Positions 13,488 to 25,113 of a stretch of DNA of 40,601 nt are shown here, in pieces. The DNA comes from Octopus bimaculoides (taxonomy: Eukaryota). The position numbers and the translations under genes are program-made. Location: contig NC_068990.1 in the NCBI RefSeq assembly GCF_001194135.2, positions 49,213,556 to 49,254,156 on the forward strand, in the 5' to 3' direction. Position 1 is the first letter of the stretch, and the number at the start of each line of letters is the position of its first letter. The notes beneath the pieces were generated by a model. That model was not told where the DNA came from. It made no database searches and was given only the letters and a program-made list of their open reading frames with translations.

Positions 13488-14660
13488 TCATCATCATTGT
13501 TTAATGTCTGCTTTCCATGCTGGCATGGATTACAGGGTTTGACTGAAGACTGGTAAGCCAGGAGGCTGCACCAGGCTCCAATCTGATCTGGCAAGGTTTC
13601 TGTAGCTGGATGCCCTTCCTAATGCCAACCACTCCGAGTGTGTAGTGGGTGCTTTTTACATGCCACCAGCACAGGGGCCAGTCAGGCAGTATTGGCATCA
13701 ACCACACTCAAATGGTACTTTTTACATACCACTGGCATGGAAGCCAGTCAGGTGATAGTGTCATCGGCCATGACAATGATTTCACTTGATTCAACAGGTC
13801 TTCTCAAGCACAGCATATTGCCTAATGATTAAAGGGACTCTTAATGGGCCTGTTATGCAATGCTGGTATAGGCCACACCATTGATCTCACTTGGCTTGCA
13901 AGGTCTTCTCAAGCACAGCATATCTCCAAAGGTCTCAGTCGCTTGTTATTGCCTCTGTGAGGCCCAATGTTTGAAGGTCATGCTTCACCACCTCATCCCA
14001 GGTCTTCCTGGGTCTACCTCTTCCATAGATTCCCTCCACCGTTAGGGTATGACACTTCTTCACACAGCTGTCCACATTCATATGTAACACATGACCATAC
14101 ACATGACCATACCAGTGTTTCTCTTACACACCACATCTGATGCTTCTTATGTCCAACTTTTCTCTCAGGGTGCTTACACTCTCTTGTGTATGCACACTGA
14201 CATTACACATCCAGCCTATGCATTTCCACAGCAGTCACAGCCCATGTTTCACTGCCATGTAGCATGGCTATTCATACAAATGCGTCATACAGTCTACCTT
14301 TTACTCTGAGTGAGAGGCCCTTTGTTACCAGCAGAGGTAGGAGCTCTCTGAATTTTGCCCAGGCAATTCTTATTCTAGCAGCTATGCTCTTAGAGTATCC
14401 ACCCCTGTACTAACTTGGTCACCTCATCAATGGAAGCTATCAACTACTTCTAGTTTTTTCCTCCTGGAATGTGATGGAAGCTGTGCATTTGCCACACAAA
14501 AAAACTATCTTCCCTGTTAACCATCCTTTGATATTGCTACACCTCTTATGTGTCCATAGCTTACACTGGGTATATCTTACGAAGTTTCTACCTTCACCTT
14601 TTCTACAAATTGAGCAGGGCCATCTACCTGAAGGAATTTGTGATTTGTCTGCCTTCCTAC

Positions 14661-15413
14661 TGTAGCAGCACAAGCAGTCAGCGCAATATTGGATGAGATC
14701 TTGTCGGCAGCCATTGGCATCTCCGAGACTGGAACGTCAAATTTTGTGCATGCTAATTTATATTTCTTGCAATTATTTTTCTATTTGACTTGTCGCATTT
14801 TTGTACCATGTCATGTTGGCTGCAATCAGTTACCTTCTTTGCTTTTCTTGTGCCTACTCCAATTATTCTGTTTTCGCACTGGCATTCTCAGGGGGGAGAC
14901 CTTGTAGTGGCACAAGCAGTCAGTGCCATATTGGATGAGATCTCGCCGGCAGCCATTGCCATCTCCGAGACTGGAGCGAGATCTCACCTGCATCCACTCG
15001 CCATGCGCAAGATCTCACCTGCATCCACTTGCCATGCGCAAGATCACAACGAGGCTCACAATGGCAAACTGGATATAAGGGCCCAACAAACAGATTCTCT
15101 CTCTTTTTCACCGCAAGTGCTTGCTGAACACACATTCACTGGCTGGGTCTCCAGGCTAGTCCTGTCTGCACGTATCTCCAGAGGTAATGGGCCCACGCTA
15201 ATGGAGATACAATGAAACATACACTGCTTGAGATGGTCTACTGAGAGCGACACACATCATTTATTCTGTGTAACTATGTAAATAAAACTCGTGAATTGCA
15301 TTTCCACTTGAGACTTCTTTCCTCGCTTGCTGGAGCCTGAAACAACACAACAAACAATTATAATGGGATAAGGCAATATTTATCCAATATCGTTAACCTT
15401 TCTTCCCATTATA
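14661..15413 (+). mobile_element. LTR-retrotransposon relic: 5' LTR stub, short internal piece, PPT, full LTR (14903-15413)
   Basis: 4-bp TSD CTAC (14657-60 / 15414-17); removal restores ccttcctac|ttactaagac as in RTE copy 1 (~10082). 14661-14736 repeats 14903-14978. PPT ggggggagac at 14891; TATA-like tataag ~15074; aataaa ~15281. Confidence 0.8.
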
Positions 15414-16611
15414 CTACTTACTAAGACTTTGGTTTTTGCTAGATTGATTCTGAGGCCATTTGTTTCTAGAACTTGCTTCCATACCTGAAACTTCTCCTCT
15501 AGTTCTGGTAGTGACTCAGCAATTAGAGCAAGGTTATCAGCATAGAGGAGCACCCAGGGGTATACTGGGTGCTTGAATTCCTCTATTATTGCCTGGAGGT
15601 CTATAATGAATAAGAGGGGGCTGAGAACTGTACAGGGCTTCTACAGCTCTCACTAACCACTCATCTGCCCCTTGTTTCTGCATTGACCACCAGATAAGGG
15701 ACTGGGGGACCTCGACAAAGGCTTTGTCCATCTCAACAAATGCCAAATACAGAGGTTTATCTTTGGCTAGGAATTTCTCCTACAGCTGTCTTACCAGAAA
15801 TATAGCATCAGTGGTGCTTCTCCCTGGTATGAAACCAAACTGCATCTAAACTAACTCCCTCCCTAATTAGTTGGGCTATGACCCTCTCCATGACTTCCAT
15901 CACCTGATCAACAATTTTATACTTATGTAATTATTCCTATCTTGTGCGTTACTTTCACCTTTGTAGCAGCTGATTATGGTGCTGCTACACCAGTCATTAG
16001 GTATGACTCCATCATGTATCACCTGGTTAACTATATGGGTGACTAGATTATAGCCTTCTCCACCAGATATTTTAAACATCTCTGCAGTGCTTCCTGATTG
16101 GCTGGGGGCTTTCCCTGTCTTCATATCCTTAATTGCTTTATCTATCAAGGTACTGTCAATTTGGAGAGCTGGTCCCTCTATTGGGTCGACATTCAGCAGA
16201 CTCTCTTCCTCCCATTCATTCTCTTTATTAAGCAACCTTTCATAGTGGCGTCTCCAAGTCACTCTCATTGCAGCCTCATTAAATGCAAGTGAACCATCAT
16301 CCATGCAGATACATTTCTCTCCTATGACATCATGATTCTTTCTCACACACTGTCTTGTAATTCAAAACACTTCAAGTCTTTGGTCTTCACAATGCAGAAC
16401 ATCGACAAATTTTTTCTTATCTGCTTCCCCTCTGGCTAAGTAAACCTGTCTCCTAGCTTCTCTTCTGGTGATGTGATATAGTTCCCTGCTACCACCACAC
16501 TTCCAGTCCGTCCATGCCTGTTTCTTTTTCCCTATTGGCCCTGTCAACTACATTGTTCCACCACCACATTACCTTTAGTTGAGAGGGGACTTTGCACCAT
16601 CCACAGATCTG

Positions 16612-16831
16612 GTAGAAGACACTTGCCCAAGGTACCATGCAGTGGGACTGAACCCGGAACCATGTGGTTGGTAAGCAAGCTACTTACCACACAGCCACTC
16701 CTGCACCTATTCGTTATTTATCTATGTACACACTCAGTGATGAGTAAGTTATGAGACTCTCTTGCAGACTACTTCATGGTGTACATGGTGACTATGGATT
16801 TGGTTCCCGCAATGAGGAGAGAACCAGACTG
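16612..16831 (-). repeat. Inverted duplication of the downstream RTE/spacer/SINE junction (source 17232-17528)
   Basis: Reverse complement of 17232-17293 joined to 17365-17528, including the unique spacer tctcataacttactcat...taacgaataggt. Confidence 0.9.
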
Positions 16832-17435
16832 CCCTCAACAGGTTGTCCTGTAGGAACCTTGAGTTACCTCCCACATTATGCAATGTTATATCCTCCTCTT
16901 TTTCATCAAAAGCTTCAAGTAATACGTCTCTAAATCTTTGTCCATTCAGAGGATCCTTAAACTTCCAGATCCTCCTTTTCTATGCTGGCTGTCTTCTGAG
17001 GAGCTATTTAGCCCTGATCTTGAAGTCAGTAACTACTAGCCTATGTTGTGGGGTGCATTCTTCACCTGGGAAGTTTTTGGCATTTATAAGTAGCCATCTT
17101 CCCCGTTTCCTGGCAAGAATGTAGTCAATCTGACTAGTGTGTCCATCAGACTGGTTGGTGAACAGGTGACTAGCAGGTTTCCTGAAGTTAGTCTTACAGA
17201 TCATAAGATCATTTGCATCACAGAACTTCAGCAGCCTAATTCCCTCCTCATTGTGGGAACCAAGTCCATAGTCACCATGTACACCATGGAAGTTCTCTGG
17301 GTGTTGTCCAACATGCCCATTGAAGTCGCCAGTCACAAAAAGAAGGTTCCTGTCATTTGTTGACGAAGTAGTCTGCAAGAGAGTCTCATAACTTACTCAT
17401 CCCTGAGTGTGTACATAGATAAATAACGAATAGGT

Positions 17436-17845
17436 GCAGGAGTGGCTGTGTGGTAAGTAGCTTGCTTACCAACCACATGGTTCCGGGTTCAGTCCCACTG
17501 CACGGCACCTTGGGCAAGTGTCTTCTACTATAGCCTCGGGCTGACCAAAGCCTTGTGAATAGATTTGGTAGACGGAAACTGAAAGAAGCCCGTTGTATAT
17601 ATGTACATATATATGTATGTGTATGTATATGTTTGTGTGTCTGTGTTTGTTCCCCCAACATCGCTTGTCGACTGATGCTGGTGTGTTTTCATCCCCGTAA
17701 CCTAGTGGTTCAGCAAAAGAGATCGATAGAATAAGTACTAGGCTTACAAAGAATAAGTCCCAGGGTCGATTTGCTTGACTAAAGGTGGTGCTCCAGCATA
17801 GCTGCAGTCAAATGACTGAAACAAGTAAAAAAGTAAAAGAGTAAG
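17436..17845 (+). mobile_element. tRNA-derived SINE, full length, little diverged
   Basis: A/B-box-like head gcaggagtggctgtgtggtaag...ccgggttcagtcccact, central domain, (TA)n, tail gactgaaacaagtaaaaaagtaaaagagtaa. Confidence 0.9.
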
Positions 17846-17919
17846 AAAGTAATTATAATTTGCACTGTAAAATGAGGTTTTAAGATGTGTACTAGTTTGG
17901 AAACAAAAGGTTGCTTTTT

Positions 17920-19949
17920 TGAACATCTTTGATATCCATTTCATGAGGCAATATAGTAAGATAACTGAAGTATTTTGGATTGCAAGACAGTGTATGAGAG
18001 AAAATCATGATGTCATAGGAGAGAAATGTGTCTTCATGGATGATAGTGCACTTGCATTTAATGATTCTGCTAAAAAAGAGGCTTAGAGATGCCATCATGA
18101 AAGACTGCTGAATGTGGAGAAAGAATGGAAGGAGAGTCTGCCAAAGGTTGACCCAGTTGAGGAATCAGCTACCCGAATTTACAGTACCCTGGTAGATAAA
18201 GCATTTAAGGATATGAAAACAGGGAAAGCACCTGACCAGTCAGGAATCACTGCTAAGTTGCTTAAAATATCGGGCGGTGTGAGTTATAGTCTAGTCACCC
18301 ACTTCATAAATTGGGTAGTTCATGACTGATGTAGCAGCACCATAGTCAACTGCTACAAAGGTAAAGGTGATGCTTTAGACAGAAATAACTACAGGGGTAT
18401 CAAATTATTGGATCAGGTGATGGAAATTATGGAGAGAGTCATAGCCCAACTAATTAGGGAGATGCAGTTTGGTTTTGTGCCAAGTAGAAGCACCACTGAT
18501 GCTATATTTCTGGTAAGGTAACTGCAGGAGAATTACCTAGCCAAAGATAAACCTCTGTACTTAGCTTTTGTTGACTTGGAGAAAGCCTTTAACAGGGTCC
18601 CCTGATCCCTTATCTGGTGGTCGATGTGGAAACTAGGGATTGATGAGTGTTTGGTAAGAGCTGTAGAAGCCCTGTACAGGGGTGCTGGCAGTAAGGTGTG
18701 AACACATAAAAGCTATGAACACACAAAAAGTGCAGCAATATCAAAGGGACAATAAATGCTGAAGATGTACAGAAAACAGATTCCATCACATGCTAGGGGG
18801 AAAAACCAGAAGTAGTTGATAGCTTCCACTACCTAGGTGACCAAGTTAGTACAGGGGTGAATGCTTTGAGAGTGTAGCTGCTAGAATATGAATAGCCTGG
18901 GCAAAGTCCAGAGAGCTCCTACCTCTGTTGGTAACAAAGGACCTCTTGCTCAAGGTGAAAGGTAGACTGTATGTGTGTGAACAGCTATGTGTGCGAACAG
19001 CCATGCTACACAGCAGTAAAACATGGGCCGTGACTGCTGACGGCATGCATAGGCTTGAAAGAAATTAAACTAGCATGATCCGCTAAATGTGTAATGTCAG
19101 TATGCATATACAACAGTGTAAGCGCCCAGAGAGAAAAGTTGGACATAAGAAGCCTCAAATGTGGTGTGCAAGAGACTATGCTGGTATGGTCATGTATTGC
19201 ATATGGATGAGGACAGCTGTGTGAAGAAGTGTCCTACCCTAACAGTGGAGGGAACCTGTGAAAGAGGTAGACCTAGGAAGACATGAGATGAGGTGGTGAA
19301 GCACAACCTTCAAATGTTGGGTCTCACAGAGGCAATGACAAGAGACCAAGACCTTTGGAGATATGCTGTGGTTGAGAAGACCTTGCAAGTAAAGTGAGAT
19401 CGCAGCTATGGCTAAAGCCAGTGTTGGATGATCAGCCCATTTAAAAGTACCCTTGATGTGTCAGGTGATATGATATGCTTGAGAAGACCTGTTGAGTCAA
19501 GCAAAATTGAAATCTTAGCCATGGCTAGTGCTACCTGACAGGCATCCATGCTGATGGCATGTAAAATGCACCATCCAAATGTGGTTGATGCCAGTGCCCC
19601 CTGACTTCTGTGCAGGTGGCACATAAAATGCACCATCCGAATGTGGTCAATGCCAGTGCTCTCTGACTGGCACCTGTGCTGGTGGCACATAAAAAGCACC
19701 ATTCAAACATGATTGATGCCAATGCCTCTGACTGGCTCCCATGCCAGTTGCACGTAAAAAGTACCCACTATACTCTTGGAGTGGTTGGCATTAGGAAAGG
19801 CATCCAGCTGTAGAAACACTGTCAAATCAGATTGGAGCCTGGTGCAGCTCAATGGCTTGCCAGATCTCAGTCAAACCATCCAACCCATGCCAGCATGAAA
19901 AGTGAATGTTAAACAATAATGGTGATGATGATGATGATGATGATGTTGA
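17920..19949 (+). mobile_element. RTE LINE copy 3, 5'-truncated with an internal deletion of the RT core
   Basis: KTGKAPDQSGITA and LAFVDLEKAFNRVP, then a jump at ~18700-18780 to EVVDSFHYLGD; 3' UTR and (GAT)n tail at 19920-19949. Confidence 0.9.
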
Positions 19950-19959
19950 NNNNNNNNNN

Positions 19960-19991
<32 letters not shown>

Positions 19992-20369
19992 CGTATAATA
20001 AAAGAAAGAAAATGCACACAGTTTACATAATTTTAATATATTTTAAATGCTAGAGTATTGTGGTAGTTGACCGGTTTTGAGTTTTACTATGCATGTCATT
20101 GAAATTAATACAATTTCGTATTTTCTTAACGAAGTTTTTAGTCCATGTTTTTGTATGAGAGTTTGTAAATGAATCAGCATGTAAAAAATATAAGGAGAGG
20201 TAATTGGTGATTGTTATTCAAGACAGGGTAGGTAATTGTACATTTTTTAGTTGGTTACACTTTATGGGTAGAATGAATTTACAAAAACTCATCAGTTAAA
20301 GTAGTGAGATGAAATATCTACAGTTTTGGATACGCAATCATGAATTTAAATAGTTACTGAAACCAAAAT

Positions 20370-21060
20370 TGGTTGTGCATTCATATTCAGGTGTGTTTTG
20401 TATTTATTGATAAATATATTTTCTTTATTTAATCGTTCTTGTACAGAAATTGTTACTTTGTACTGACAGATGGAGAAAACCATGAAGTTTGGTTGGAGAT
20501 TCCCTGCACATTGTGTTCACTCAAAGGTATTTGTCTATACCTTGGGAAACAGATCTGTTCCTCATGTAGTGTAGTTCTCCATTTAAGTGGCATACTTGTC
20601 TGGCCTATATAGTTGTGACCACAACCTGAACAAGTTATAACATAAATTAAGTTCTCAGATGCACAAGTGAAAGTGGTCTTTATTGTAAATCTCTCTCCTT
20701 GTTTGAAGTTGAATTCTGAAACTTCCAGTAATTTGGGGCATGTTCCACAATTTGGACATCAACATTTTTTAACTATTAGTTTCATTGTTGTTGTATATAG
20801 CTTTGCATTTATCAGTAGTCTTTTCATTGATTTGGGTTGTTTCTTTACATTTGATGAATTTGTGTGTTTGTAGAACGAGGTTCATCTTTGGATCCCTAAT
20901 GAGCATTGGTAGATTTTGAATAATGGTGTTGTATGTCTCATTGTTTCTAGGGTTGTGAGTCAATATATAGTGTTATATTTTTAGATGAGGTGAGGGGTTT
21001 TGTTTTGTTTCCCCTTAGTGTTTTAATGCCAATTTTCTTGACATTACAACTCACCATGTG
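20370..21060 (-). mobile_element. Penelope-like element relic (RT-EN linker + GIY-YIG endonuclease)
   Basis: Minus strand reads HNPRNNETYNTIIQNLPML...HKFIKCK, then CPNCGTCP...FTCASENLIYVITCSGCGHNYIGQTSMPLKWRTTLH...PLSEH. LIY at 20642-20650, YIG at 20603-20611. Confidence 0.85.
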
Positions 21061-21117
21061 GGGATAATCACCTCAACAAAATTCTTTTTTACTCTGTGTA
21101 TATATATATATATTATT

Positions 21118-21494
21118 ATTTTATTCTTTTACTTGCTTTAGTCATTTAACTGCGGCCATGCTGGAGCACTGTCTTTAGTCAAACAAATCAACCCCCAGGA
21201 CTTATTCCTTGTAGGCCTAGTACTAATTCTGTCGGTCTCTTTCTATAGAAACGTAAACACACCAGATGGTAGGAGGACAAACATAGGCACACAAATACAT
21301 ACATACATATACATATACATACATATATATATATATATAGGATGGGCTTCTTTCAGTTTCTATCTACCATATCCACTCACAAGGCTTTGGTTGCCCCAAG
21401 GCTATAGTAGAAGACACTTGCCTAAGGTGCCATGTAGTGAGACTGAACCTGGAACCATGTGGCTGGGAAGCAAGCTTCTTACCACATATCCACT

Positions 21495-21497
<3 letters not shown>
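21118..21497 (-). mobile_element. tRNA-derived SINE
   Basis: Reverse complement of the 17436 family from head (ccacatatccactcct) to tail (ttattcttttacttg). Confidence 0.85.

Positions 21498-21498
<1 letters not shown>

Positions 21499-21543
<45 letters not shown>
21499..21543. repeat. (TA)n microsatellite
   Basis: Direct inspection. Confidence 0.95.
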
Positions 21544-21544
<1 letters not shown>

Positions 21545-21546
<2 letters not shown>

Positions 21547-22620
21547 ATCACCATCTTCATCGTTATCATTGTCATTTAACGTCCACTTTCTATGTTGGCA
21601 TGGGTTGGACGGTTTGACTGAGGACTGATAAGCCAGGAGGCTGCACCAGGCTCCAATCTGATTTGGCAAAATTTCTACAGCTGGATTTCCTTCCTAACGC
21701 CAACCACTCCGAGAGTGTAGTGGGTGCTTTTTATGTGCCACCAGCACAAGAGCCAGTCATGCAGCATTGGCATTGGTCACACTCAAATGGTGCTTTTTAT
21801 GTGTCAGTCAGGTGGCACTGGCATCGGTCTCACTCGAATTGTGCTTTTTATGTGCCATCAGCATAGGTGCCAGTCAGGTGACACTGGCATCAGCCATGAT
21901 TACAATTTCACTTGGTTCAACAGGTATTCATAAGCTTGGCATATTGCCTGATAACTGAAGGGTACTTTTAAATGGGCCAGTTATGTGACTCTGGCACCGG
22001 CCACGGCTACGATTTCACTTGGCTTGCCAGGTCTTCTTAAGCACAGCATATCTCCAAAGGTCTCGGTCACTTGTCATTGCTTCTGTGAGGCCCAACATTT
22101 GAAGGTTGTGCTTCACCACCTTATCTCATGTCTTCCTGGATCTACCTCTTTCACAGGTTCCCTCCACTGTTAGGGTAGGACACTTCTTCACACAGCTGTC
22201 CTCATCCATATGCAATACATGACCATACCAGCATAGTCATCTCTCTTGCACACCACATCTGATGCTTATTATGTCCAATTTTTCTCTCAGGGTGCTTACA
22301 ATCTGTCGTGTATGCACACTGTCATTACACATCCAGCGGAGAATACTAACTTCATTTCTTTCAAGCTTACACATGTCCTCAGAAGTCACAGCCCATGTTT
22401 TACTGCCATGTAGCATGGGTGTTCCCACACAGGCATCATACAGTCTATCTTTCACTCTGAGCAAGAGGCCCTTTGTTACCAGCAGAGGTAACTTTGCCCA
22501 GACTATTTTTATTCTCACAGCTATGCTCTCAGAGCATCCACCCTGCTACTGACTTGGTCACCTAGGTAACGGAAGCTATCAATTACTTCTAGTTTTCCCC
22601 CCTGGCCATGTGATGGAATC
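21545..22620 (-). mobile_element. RTE LINE copy 4, 3' ~1.1 kb only
   Basis: ORF 22237-22518 RVKDRLYDACVGTPMLHGSKTWAVT is the RTE C-terminus; 3' UTR repeats and tail follow. Confidence 0.9.
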
Positions 22621-22664
22621 TGTTTTCTGTTCATGTATGTGTATATATATATATATCATTATCA

Positions 22665-22975
22665 TTATCATTTGATATCTGATTTAATATCTGGGTTGAA
22701 TAGTCTGACATGAGGTGGTAAGCCAGAGGAATGCACCAAGTTCTGCTGTCTGCTTTGACATGGTTTCTAAGGCTGGGTACACTTCCTAATGCCAACCACA
22801 TTACAAAGTGTACTGGGTGTGTTTGATGTGGCACCAGCATTGGTAGGGTCACCAAGTAACTTGCAAAACAAATACCCCTTTACTGGAGGGTTTGCAGTAT
22901 TGAGGGAGGTGACTTTGTGCCAGTTGATGAGAAGTTAAAGTATAACAGAGTGATAGAGATAGGTGTCTTGCTGTA
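22665..22975 (-). mobile_element. Old repeat with an RTE-like 3' tail
   Basis: ttcctaatgccaaccac and tcattatcattatcatt resemble the RTE/SINE tail, but are more diverged. Confidence 0.5.
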
Positions 22976-23048
22976 TTTCAGCCTGTGAATGTGGTCATGC
23001 TGAGGCACTCCCTGTAATTGAAAATATTCAAAGAAAACAAAGCAATAG

Positions 23049-25113
23049 TGTTGTGGTAGGATTCCAACCACCCCCATGTGACTAAAAGTGGACTGATACA
23101 TTGCTATAAGATAAAGAACTGAGAACAATTGATGGAAGCAGTTTACTGTGAGCCATTGATTGAGAGCATTGAGTCTCGTGTAATAGCAACCATATTGTGT
23201 TGTGTAAATACTTTTTTTCCCCCTACCACTTCCTTAAATTACATATCCAACACCGGGATATAAAAGTGGTGATGAGTTGTTCGAAGCTTGTGTTGGATGT
23301 TTATAATTTCTTTTTGATGTGACACCAAAGAAAAAATTGTTTTAACATAGAAAACTTATTGGCCTCTTTGGTGCAGATGTAACAGCAACAGCAGCAACAA
23401 CAGCAACTATAAGAGCAACAACAGCAACTATAAGAGCAACAACAGCAACTACAACAGCAGCAACAGCAACAACAACAAAACCAATAGTTGCTGGAATCAG
23501 TGTTGAAGAAGTCTGAAAATACTTCAGGTTCGTACTTGCCAGACAGCCTAGCAAACTCAATTGAAAAATTCAGTTATAATCCAGAAGGGATTACCTTCTC
23601 TGCATATTTTGAAAGATATGAAGAAATCTTTAAAGAAGAATGTAAAACTTAGTGAGATGAGAAAAAAGTACAAGTACTTTTAAGAAAGTTATCCCCTGCT
23701 GAACAAGAAATATATAGTAATTATATTCTGCTGAAGAAACAAGGTGAGATTTGTTTTGATGAAACAATTTTTCATCAAACATTTTCAGTGAAAGAAGTTC
23801 CGTGTTCAATACTCACTGGCAATGTTTAAATTTGGTAAAAAGAAGATGATGAAGATTTCATCACCTATGCCATAGTTGTTAACAGAGAGTGCGAAAAATT
23901 CAAATTAAATGAATTAACCCTGGACATGTTCAAATGTCTGATTTTTGTTCAAGGACTTACTGCAAGCAAAGATGCAGATATACACTCCCGGATATTAACA
24001 AAATTAGAACAGGACCAAAAATTAACTCTACAGGCAGTAAGCAGAAGACTACCAGAGGATTATAAATCTAAGACATAATGCAGATAAAAATTGAAGAAAA
24101 AGATTGTGTATTGACCGGTAGTAGATAAGAAAAAAGAGAAGAAAATGTCAAGACTGAATCTATGTTGTGGGTGTGGTGGTCAACATTTTAACTGGCTGTT
24201 TAAAAATATAAAATGTTTCAAGTGTGGTAAGATAGGTCATAAAAAATCACACTGTAAAACAAAACCTAAAAAACGATTCAACATAAAAAAATCATGTAAA
24301 CAGGTTATTGGTAACAAGAAATACAAACAAGCCTCAAAGGAAATTTGTTTATGTAAAAATTGATAACACAAACATAAAGTTACAATTGGATATGGGCTGT
24401 GATATCTCAGTAATTAACACAGATACATGGAAAAAATTAGGAGGCCTAGATTAAAAGTAACTTTGAAAATGGCACATGGTGTTTCAGGGAAATATTTATA
24501 TTTTAAGAGAAAAATAAATGACATTACATTTCGTGGAAAAACCTTAAAAGCCAAAGTATTTTTTAAAAGCCTATAGACATAGTAAAGCAAGCTGAGAGGA
24601 TGGTGTAATTATTATATTATATTGGAAGAATGTTATTCCTGATAAAAGAGAAAAATGTCATATCAACCAACTTAAAAAAAAGATTCACAGAAAAAATAGT
24701 CACAAGAAATGAATCTCCATGGAAGTATTGTATGACACATTTTAGGTACCAACACCCAAACAATTTGAAACTACATGTTCTAGCACAAGAAAATGGGAAA
24801 CAATGGAAACACTGGAATTGAACCCTAAGTGTAAGAGATATTAACATTCTGAGTGGAGTTTAATTCTCAAAAGGGGAGATTAATTCTAAAAGGGGAAGTG
24901 TTGTGATAGGATTACGACCACCCTCAAGTGGCTAAAAGTGAACAGACACATTGCTATAAGCTAAAGAACTGTGAGAAATTAGGGCAAGCAGTTCACTGTG
25001 AGCCATTGATTGAGAGCGTTGAGTCTCATGTAATAGTAATCGTATTGCATCATGTAAATACTTTCTTTTCCCCTGGCTTTGTTAAATTATATATCCAACA
25101 TCAGGATATAAAA
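23049..25113 (+). mobile_element. Ty3/Gypsy LTR element, internally deleted (gag + partial protease + integrase C-tail)
   Basis: LTRs 23049-23265 and 24899-25113; TSD aatag/tatag; PBS-like gtggtgatgag; PPT aaaaggggaag. gag SLANSIEKFSYNPEGITFSAYFERYEEIF...LLRKL, knuckle CFKCGKIGHKKSHC, protease LQLDMGCDISVI. Confidence 0.88.

Larger units (their letters stand above)
13488..17380 (-). mobile_element. RTE-clade LINE copy 2, interrupted by an LTR relic and an inverted duplication
   Basis: ORF 17004-17378 is APE-like (FVTGDFNGHVG...NFRKPASHL...QIDYILAR); ORF 15900-16346 is the RT N-terminal region; tail at 13488-13530. Collinear with copy 1. Confidence 0.92.

Noticed and set aside
12423-13556. 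His/Thr- or Cys/Val-rich small proteins
   Set aside because: Translations of (CA)n and (TATG)n microsatellites.
17436-17510. tRNA gene
   Set aside because: This is the tRNA-derived head of a multi-copy SINE; it runs into the SINE body and I see no convincing full cloverleaf.
20270-20300. Penelope-associated hammerhead ribozyme (CTGATGAG on the minus strand)
   Set aside because: No stem II or GAAA follows; the catalytic core is incomplete.
20447-20526. Host-gene exon NCYFVLTDGENHEVWLEIPCTLCSLK
   Set aside because: It is the antisense of the Penelope endonuclease C-terminus, so it is not called as a gene; kept only as an exonisation candidate.
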